Below are positions 26,587 through 32,000 of a stretch of 32,000 bases of DNA, piece by piece. The first letter of the stretch is position 1. Every line of letters begins with the position of its first letter. The notes beneath the pieces are model-generated. The model did no database searches and was not told the origin of the DNA. It saw only the letters and a program-made list of their open reading frames with translations. Source of the DNA: Patescibacteria group bacterium (GTDB lineage Bacteria > Patescibacteriota > Patescibacteriia > 2-01-FULL-39-33); assembly GCA_041662745.1 (NCBI GenBank), contig JBAZRV010000003.1:30001-62000 (forward strand), read 5' to 3'. A program made the position numbers and the translations under genes.

Positions 26587-27822
26587 ATGCGATTTACCGA
26601 AACCGTCAAACTGTCTTTTTCTGTTTTGCGCACCAACCGAACGCGCAGTTTTTTGACTTCTTTGGGAATTATTATCGGTATTGCCGCCGTTATTGTGATT
26701 ATTTCCGCCGGCGCCGGAGCACAATCGCTTATCGTTAACCAATTCAACGCTATCGGCACTAATTTAATAGGTGTTCTTCCCGGCGCCAGCGATGAGAACG
26801 GTCCGCCCGCTTCCGCTTTCGGCATTATTTTGCAGACGCTCAAATACGAGGATGCTCAAGCAATTGCGCAAACAATACCGCACGCCAGCGCCGTCTCTTC
26901 CTATAATACCGGGGTGGCCACGGCATCTTATCAGGGCGCTAAAGTGGATACCACTTATTACGGCGTTATGCCCGATTACGTGTTGGTTGAGGATACGGGA
27001 GTGGAGACAGGGAGATTTTTCGGGGATGACGAGGACCGGGGCAGTTCAAAAGTTGCCGTATTGGGCTGGCAGGTGGCGCAGGATTTGTTTGGCGGTCAGG
27101 ATGCCGTGGGTCGCAAGATAAAAATCGGCAAGGAATTTTTTGAAGTGATCGGGGTAATGCGCAAGCGCGGCGTTTCCGGCTTCCAAAACAATGATAATAT
27201 TATTCTAATACCGGCGCAGACCGCGCAAAAAATAATGCTGGGCGTGCGTCATGTAAATTTCATCCGCGTTAAGGTTGATCAGCAGGAAAATCTGCCGCAA
27301 ACCGTAGAAGACATCCGTTTTTTGTTGCGCGATCGCCATAACTTACTGGAATCAAAGGTTGATGATTTTAATATCCGCAACACAGCCGATGCTATCAAAA
27401 CCTTAACCTCCATTACCGACGTGTTGAAGTTTTTCCTGGCCGCCATCGCCAGCATCTCTTTGCTGGTCGGCGGCGTGGGCGTAATGAATATCATGTTAGC
27501 TTCGGTCAATGAGCGCGTTCGTGAAATCGGTTTGCGCAAGGCCGTGGGCGCCAAGCCCGGTGATATTATGGTGCAGTTTTTGGCTGAATCGGTTACCGTC
27601 ACGTTGGCCGGAGGGGTTATCGGCATTATTATCGGTTCACTGATTTCGGCGTTGGTTGCCGTAGTCGCCAAATACCTGGGCTATGATTGGGATTTGGTGG
27701 TCTCGCCGCTGTCAATATTTATGGGTTTTGGCGTGGCTTTTGTCGTGGGTTTGATTTTTGGCATTTATCCGGCCACTCGCGCGGCCAAACTTAACTCCAT
27801 TGAGGCGCTAAGGTGGGAATAG
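26587..27822 (+). CDS. ABC transporter permease (MacB/FtsX type)
   Basis: RTNRTRSFLTSLGIIIGIAAVIVIISAGAGA; SLLVGGVGVMNIMLASVNERVREIGLRKAVGA; C-terminal FGIYPATRAAKLNSIEALRWE. Confidence 0.95.
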   Translation: MRFTETVKLSFSVLRTNRTRSFLTSLGIIIGIAAVIVIISAGAGAQSLIVNQFNAIGTNLIGVLPGASDENGPPASAFGIILQTLKYEDAQAIAQTIPHASAVSSYNTGVATASYQGAKVDTTYYGVMPDYVLVEDTGVETGRFFGDDEDRGSSKVAVLGWQVAQDLFGGQDAVGRKIKIGKEFFEVIGVMRKRGVSGFQNNDNIILIPAQTAQKIMLGVRHVNFIRVKVDQQENLPQTVEDIRFLLRDRHNLLESKVDDFNIRNTADAIKTLTSITDVLKFFLAAIASISLLVGGVGVMNIMLASVNERVREIGLRKAVGAKPGDIMVQFLAESVTVTLAGGVIGIIIGSLISALVAVVAKYLGYDWDLVVSPLSIFMGFGVAFVVGLIFGIYPATRAAKLNSIEALRWE

Positions 27823-27957
27823 GGGAGTTAATGTTCAGTTGCTAACGGATCGGCTTTTAGTTAATAGATCGCTTATTTTTAGGCGATTTTTTTAATTTAA
27901 TTTTGTCTAATTTTACGTATTTATTGATAATTAAATTAGAAAAAGTGGATAAAACAC

Positions 27958-27986
27958 TTGACAAAATATTTAAGGTGTGATATAAT
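27958..27986 (+). promoter_or_regulatory. Consensus sigma70-type promoter
   Basis: TTGACA (27958-27963), exactly 17 nt spacer, TATAAT (27981-27986). Confidence 0.85.
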
Positions 27987-27992
27987 AGTTTA

Positions 27993-28896
27993 TTCAAGAT
28001 GATGGTTGTGGATAACTGAACAAAATTCAATTATTGACAATATCATCTTGTGGCAGTTTAAAAGCTGTTTTAAAAGAGTTCTTCGGAGCTCTTTGTCAGG
28101 GCGGCATACGGCTTATGTCGTGTGTCGCCCTTGACAAAGGTTTCTGAAAAGCGATGGCTAATTCTTGTTGATGGCTGTTTTTTTGAGTGGACATAGTCCG
28201 AACAGTATCGGCGAGAACGGTTGCAACGCAGAAATCCAGGGTTCTTGGGTGGTATCGGCTGAAGGTGCCAATCCGACTTCGGGTCGGTCGCAGCTAATGC
28301 TTAAATAAAAAAATCGACCGAAGGCCGATGCCCCCAAGAATCCGACCTAAGAATCAGAAATGCACTTTAACGGCTGACTTAATTACGGTCAGCCCTCCAC
28401 TTAAGCTCAGGATAAATCATGATCTTAACGGGAGCTTGAACATTACTAAGCATTCATCTGCGGCAGTTTGTCGCCGCATCGATATGATTAAGGCGTATGC
28501 TTGTCCGCCTGATCAAGTCCAAAGCCAAAAGCCGAGGATTTTGGGAGGAGATTGAGCTGAAGAGGGGGCATGGTTTGAAATTATATATTTACCAATCGCC
28601 TTAATTCACTTCTTCAAGTCTTGATTATATCGATGCGGTAGCAATGTTTGGCCGTCAAGCAGGCGGGCAAACGCGCGCCGCAAGCACTTTCTTTGAAAGA
28701 AGAATTTCCCCACCGTCGGGCCATTATCCCGCCGGATCGGTAGACTTCCTCCTTTCTCTGGGGAGGCGTCATGTAACCGCATGCGCCTCCCCCACACGCC
28801 TCAGACAGTATGGTTCGAGGGCGCATAATCAAATCCTCACAAGGGAAGCTTGGTTTTACGCTTACGGCTTAAGTACTGTTTGAGGCGTGTGTTTTA
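27993..28896 (+). ncRNA. Candidate large structured noncoding RNA (family not recognised; boundaries approximate)
   Basis: No convincing ORF; starts at predicted TSS. Stems: 27995-28003/28042-28050; 28073-28081/28086-28094 with cUUCGg loop; 28095-28110/28119-28135 (bulge, two G.U); 28239-28249/28333-28343 (one G.U); 28372-28378/28388-28394; 28448-28453/28497-28502 enclosing 28459-28464/28473-28478; 28760-28768/28784-28792; 28793-28810/28874-28891 (18 bp, one G.U). Confidence 0.6.
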
Positions 28897-28943
28897 AAAC
28901 GGCATTTCATTCTACGAGCAATCTCGTGAAGGAGGGTCTGTCT

Positions 28944-29126
28944 ATGGTAATTCAATGTTGCGTTTGCTCCAAGGTGCGTTCGGCCGGTACTTGGGAAGTC
29001 CGGAGCATCCCTCCCGGGGAGCAGGTTTCCCACGGCTATTGCCCAGAATGCGCCGAAAAAGTGTTTCAGGGCATAGAGCGGGAGTTGGCCGCGCGACAAA
29101 AGAAGGAGGAGACCGTCAATGGCTAA
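28944..29126 (+). CDS. Cys-rich putative zinc-ribbon mini-protein, copy A (60 aa)
   Basis: AAGGAGGG upstream; MVIQCCVCSKVRSAGTWEVRSIPPGEQVSHGYCPECAEKVFQ... Confidence 0.75.
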   Translation: MVIQCCVCSKVRSAGTWEVRSIPPGEQVSHGYCPECAEKVFQGIERELAARQKKEETVNG

Positions 29127-29319
29127 AGGTAAGTGTCCGGCTTGCTTCAAAGTTGAAGTAGCGCCGGGACAATGGAAGAATGTCGCCTTGCCGGTCGGCG
29201 AGGAAACATTTCCCCAATATTGTCCAAAGTGTGCCGAACACAACGCTTATGTTCGGGGGAGCATCCTGGCATCCAAGAGGTTGGCGGATGCGGCCCTGGC
29301 CTCGGCGTCGGGCAAATAG
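29119..29319 (+). CDS. Cys-rich putative zinc-ribbon mini-protein, copy B (66 aa)
   Basis: Starts inside copy A (8-nt overlap); MAKGKCPACFKVEVAPGQWKNVALPVGEETFPQYCPKCAEHNAY, same CxxC-...-W-...-YCPxCAE layout as copy A. Confidence 0.7.
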   Translation: MAKGKCPACFKVEVAPGQWKNVALPVGEETFPQYCPKCAEHNAYVRGSILASKRLADAALASASGK

Positions 29320-29326
29320 TTCAATG

Positions 29327-29353
29327 AAGGAGGAGGCTGCGCGCTTCCTCCTT
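29327..29353 (+). terminator. Likely terminator after the two Cys-rich mini-genes
   Basis: AAGGAGGA (29327-29334) / TCCTCCTT (29346-29353) followed by TAAAATTAATTTT (weak U tract). Confidence 0.55.
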
Positions 29354-29432
29354 TAAAATTAATTTTGATTTATCCACAGCCAGACTCTTGACACTATATT
29401 GTTTTTATAAAAATTTAAGATATAATTTTATA

Positions 29433-29567
29433 TTAAGGGATGACACTAAGCGTCAGGCATTTTCAATCGCACTTTCCTAAAAACATTTTTAGGATCACAC
29501 TTAAGTGTGATTTCGAAAATTCTCGTCGCGTCTTCTCCAAGTCCCGCCCATGTGGCGGGACTTTTAA
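29433..29567 (+). ncRNA. Candidate small RNA (~135 nt)
   Basis: TATAAT at 29421-29426; abutting 18-nt palindromes CCTAAAAACATTTTTAGG (29476-29493) and ATCACACTTAAGTGTGAT (29494-29511); 10-bp hairpin AAGTCCCGCC/GGCGGGACTT (29539-29563) followed by TTAATT. Confidence 0.35.
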
Positions 29568-29618
29568 TTGGCTGATTTTTTTGATTAGTGTTATAATTTA
29601 ATCAAGCAATCAAATCCT

Positions 29619-29996
29619 ATGTCGCTTAAGCAATTAATCATCATCGTTGCCATTGCCACATTATTATGCTGGGCCAGCTGGTTGCTGGTCATTTTTGAGG
29701 TGGATCCGACGACTGCCGGCTTTTACGGCTTGCTGATTTTTTATGCCAGCATGTTTTTTTCTTTGCTCGGCTTATTTTTTTTGATCAGTTTCGGTTTCAG
29801 GAAGATTTTCAACAAGCTGGAAATGGAATACAGGCTGGTGGGCATGTCTTTCCGCCAATCGTTTTTCTTTGCCCTGGCAGTCGTCGGTTTCTTTTTTTTG
29901 CAAAGCAAGGATTTGCTGACTTGGTGGAATAGCATTATGTTGCTGGCGGCTCTGGTGATTTTGGAATTTTTCTTTTTGAGTTATCGGAAAAAGTAA
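29619..29996 (+). CDS. Small hypothetical membrane protein (125 aa)
   Basis: Four hydrophobic segments; ATG with no strong SD. Confidence 0.65.
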   Translation: MSLKQLIIIVAIATLLCWASWLLVIFEVDPTTAGFYGLLIFYASMFFSLLGLFFLISFGFRKIFNKLEMEYRLVGMSFRQSFFFALAVVGFFFLQSKDLLTWWNSIMLLAALVILEFFFLSYRKK

Positions 29997-30074
29997 GGCA
30001 ACAGAAGGCGTCCCTTGTCGGGACGTTTTTTTTATTTGGCATTATAATGTTTCTTGTTATTTTTACTCTCTCAT

Positions 30075-30160
30075 GTCATTCCTGGCTTGACCAGGAATCC
30101 AGGTTTTCCTGTCATCCTGAGGCGCACCTGCCTGCCGGTAGGCAGGGACGGGAATCCAGG
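30075..30160. repeat. REP-like composite element (gtcattcctggcttgaccaggaatcc / gtcatcctgaggcgcacctgcctgccggtaggcagg...)
   Basis: Internal palindromes CCTGGcttgaCCAGG and CCTGCCTgccggtAGGCAGG; related to the 6683-6769 element. Confidence 0.65.
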
Positions 30161-30172
30161 TTATTTTTATCC

Positions 30173-30277
30173 GTCATTGCGAGCGAAGCCGTAATCGGCG
30201 AAGAGCGGCAATCTTTCAGTGAACATAAATGTGGCCTTCAATATTGCTTCGTTCCGCTACGCTACACTCGCAATGAC
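30173..30277. repeat. REP-like element (gtcattgcgagcgaagcc type)
   Basis: Perfect terminal inverted repeat GTCATTGCGAG (30173-30183)/CTCGCAATGAC (30267-30277). Confidence 0.7.
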
Positions 30278-30385
30278 GAAAAGCAATTTGACTAAGTTAA
30301 GATAAAATAGCTATAATATATTCATATTAAGCTATTTTTCTCCCCCTTACGAAGGGGGAGATTAAGAGGGAGTTATAGAGAAACT

Positions 30386-31444
30386 ATGAAAGAAAAACTT
30401 AGCCAATTAAAGGCGCAATTCACCGAAGAATCGGCAAAGGTCAAATCAGCCAAAGAGCTGGAGGAGCTGGAGAGTAGATTTTTGAGTCGTAAAAGCGGAC
30501 TGCTGACCGGTATCATGAAGGAGATCAAGGATGTGGCCAAGGAAGAGGTGGCGGAAATCGGCGCTTTGGCTAACGAAACCAAGGAATATATCGTTGAGGG
30601 ACTGGCAGCGCTTAAGGGCAATTTGGCCGGCGCCGGCTCTTTTAATTTTGATTTTACCGTGCCCGGCCATAAGCCGCCGGTCGGACATTTGCATTTATCA
30701 ACCATTGCCATCCGCGAAATTGAAAGCATTTTAGAGCCGTTGGGGTTCAAGCGTGTTAGGCATCCTGATATTGAATGGGATTATTATGCTTTTGAAACCC
30801 TGAATATGCCCGGAGATCATCCGGCGCGCGATGATTGGGAAACTTTTTTTATTGATGAAGCGCCGATTAAGATGAATTTGCCGGCTAATTCCAAAAAACT
30901 GGTCAAAGAGGGGAGACGGCTGCTCACTCCGCACACTTCCAGCATTCAGGTGCGTGAAATGGAAAAAGGCGAACTGCCGATTCGGATGATGAATATTTCC
31001 AAATGCTATCGCCGGCAGATTGATGTTTCCCATGTGCCGATGTTCCATCAGTTTGAAGGACTGGTGATTGACAAGGGGATTAACATCACCCATTTGAAAG
31101 GCACGATTGATTATTTTGTTAAGAAATTTTTCGGCGAAGATCGGGTTATTCGTTTGCGTCCGCATCATTTCCAGTTTACCGAACCGAGTTTTGAGGTGGA
31201 TATTTCCTGCGGTTTGTGCAATGGCGCGGGTTGCAAGATGTGCAAAGAGGGCTGGCTGGAACTGGCTGGCGCCGGCATGGTGCACCCCAATGTCCTAAAA
31301 GCCGGAGGAATTGATCCGGAGAAGTATTCCGGGTTTGCTTTCGGTTGGGGTGTGGAGCGATGTTTCTCAATGAAATCGGGACTTAATATTGATGATTTGC
31401 GGTTGATGTATAAGAATGATTTGAGGTTTAATGAACAGTTTTAA
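30386..31444 (+). CDS. pheS: Phenylalanyl-tRNA synthetase alpha subunit
   Basis: GHKPPVGHLHLSTIAIREIESILEPLGF, DHPARD, LLTPHTSSIQVREME, FHQFEGLVIDKGI, PHHFQFTEPSFEVDISC, GAGMVHPNVLK, GFAFGWGVERCFSMKSG. Confidence 0.96.
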   Translation: MKEKLSQLKAQFTEESAKVKSAKELEELESRFLSRKSGLLTGIMKEIKDVAKEEVAEIGALANETKEYIVEGLAALKGNLAGAGSFNFDFTVPGHKPPVGHLHLSTIAIREIESILEPLGFKRVRHPDIEWDYYAFETLNMPGDHPARDDWETFFIDEAPIKMNLPANSKKLVKEGRRLLTPHTSSIQVREMEKGELPIRMMNISKCYRRQIDVSHVPMFHQFEGLVIDKGINITHLKGTIDYFVKKFFGEDRVIRLRPHHFQFTEPSFEVDISCGLCNGAGCKMCKEGWLELAGAGMVHPNVLKAGGIDPEKYSGFAFGWGVERCFSMKSGLNIDDLRLMYKNDLRFNEQF

Positions 31445-31468
31445 GATTAATATCATAATTAGTATTAT

Positions 31469-32000
31469 ATGGGTAACCAAATTAAAAACAACAAATTAAA
31501 ATATCTATTTTGGCTATCAAGTATAGCCATAATATTTTGGATAATTTTTGGTCTCGGCTTGCAAAGGGATTATAAGAACTGCGGTAGTGCAATCTCTAAA
31601 ATTTCCTTTTTTGGAATAGTTTTGTATGAGTACGATAATCCGTGTCCTGTTACAAATACAAAAACACCAGAATTAAGTGACTTAGATATATTTTCGATAG
31701 AAATTAATAGGCATCCAAATTTGAGAGGATTTCCATTTTCTGAAGTTGTAGATTTTTCTCGTTTTGATAAAAGTAATTTGAAAGCTATTTGGATGATTAT
31801 ATCATTTGTTTCATTATTGAATTTGATTTTTTATTTTGTTTTTTTTCAAATACTATTTAAAATTTTAGATAAGGTTAGTAACAATTATAGAAAAATAGTT
31901 TTTATAATTTTGATGATTACGATTTCTCTTATATTTTTAATTATATCATCTATAAATGCCAAATATTCTTTAAGTTATTTAACTTTCTATTCAATTTTAA
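31469..32000 (+). CDS. Hypothetical membrane protein, 3' truncated at window edge
   Basis: Open frame from ATG 31469 to the end (MGNQIKNNKLKYLFWLSSIAIIFWIIFGLGLQRDYKNC...); hydrophobic N-terminal, central and C-terminal helices; not in the supplied ORF track; AT-rich. Confidence 0.6.
   Translation, partial: MGNQIKNNKLKYLFWLSSIAIIFWIIFGLGLQRDYKNCGSAISKISFFGIVLYEYDNPCPVTNTKTPELSDLDIFSIEINRHPNLRGFPFSEVVDFSRFDKSNLKAIWMIISFVSLLNLIFYFVFFQILFKILDKVSNNYRKIVFIILMITISLIFLIISSINAKYSLSYLTFYSIL

Noticed and set aside
28178-28195. GACATAGTCC considered as a group I intron S element
   Set aside because: No matching P/Q/R core elements and the exact R complement GGACTA was not found upstream.
28242-28260. 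TTGGGTGGTATCGGC resembles the T-box antiterminator motif (AGGGTGGNACCGCG)
   Set aside because: The core is imperfect (TATCGGC instead of NACCGCG), no terminator with a U tract follows, and no aminoacyl-tRNA synthetase or amino-acid gene is downstream; the segment instead forms the left arm of a long stem with 28324-28343.
28760-28792. 33-nt GC-rich hairpin considered as group II intron domain V
   Set aside because: Lacks the AGC/CGC catalytic triad at the stem base, the 2-nt bulge and the GNRA loop; no 5' GUGYG boundary or reverse transcriptase seen.
28807-28825. TATGGTTCGAGGGCGCATA looked like a tRNA T-arm
   Set aside because: No acceptor, D or anticodon arms could be built around it; it lies in the loop of the 18-bp stem.
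28328-28883. Small ORFs inside the structured region (28328-28555 +, 28606-28797 -, 28614-28832 -, 28644-28883 +)
   Set aside because: No family, no convincing SD, biased composition, and they run across the base-paired segments; more likely chance ORFs in a noncoding RNA.
27993-28896. Region considered as RNase P RNA, tmRNA, SRP RNA or 6S RNA
   Set aside because: I did not find the RNase P P4/CR motifs (GAGGAAAGUCC / ACAGnAA), a tmRNA 5'/3' acceptor arm or tag ORF ending in AA-stop in a proper context, or the SRP GGUGCUG/AGCAG core; length also exceeds these RNAs. A cmscan is still needed.
30731-31285. 184-aa antisense ORF on the minus strand
   Set aside because: Opposite pheS with all its conserved motifs; no independent support.

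Overview
This 32 kb window looks like it comes from a Patescibacteria/CPR-like bacterium (inference from small compact genes and gene content). It contains: a UvrD/PcrA helicase (partial); a CarS/DUF46-like CDP-archaeol synthase homologue; rmuC; a dCMP deaminase-like protein; an MTA phosphorylase plus apt pair; a group 3b-type cytosolic [NiFe]-(sulf)hydrogenase locus (beta, gamma, delta, alpha subunits with hypC, a DUF6390-like protein, a methyltransferase, a radical SAM protein and a truncated HypA-like protein); a four-helix-bundle (bS23-type) gene; pgk, eno and two tandem gpmI genes; a MacA/MacB-type efflux ABC cluster; pheS; and a truncated membrane protein gene at the right edge. Highest-priority observations: (1) a ~0.9 kb noncoding interval (about 27993-28896) directly downstream of a perfect TTGACA-N17-TATAAT promoter and packed with long stems, several containing G.U wobbles and including an 18-bp stem and a cUUCGg-capped hairpin, which I consider a candidate undescribed large structured RNA, followed by two overlapping paralogous Cys-rich mini-genes; (2) a hydrogenase large subunit that ends exactly at the DPCxxCxxH motif with no C-terminal extension; (3) a HypA-like protein without the zinc domain; (4) a radical SAM gene inserted in the hydrogenase operon and translationally coupled to the gamma subunit; (5) a bS23-type gene between inverted repeats inside the same locus. 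I saw no CRISPR array, transposase, tRNA or rRNA gene.
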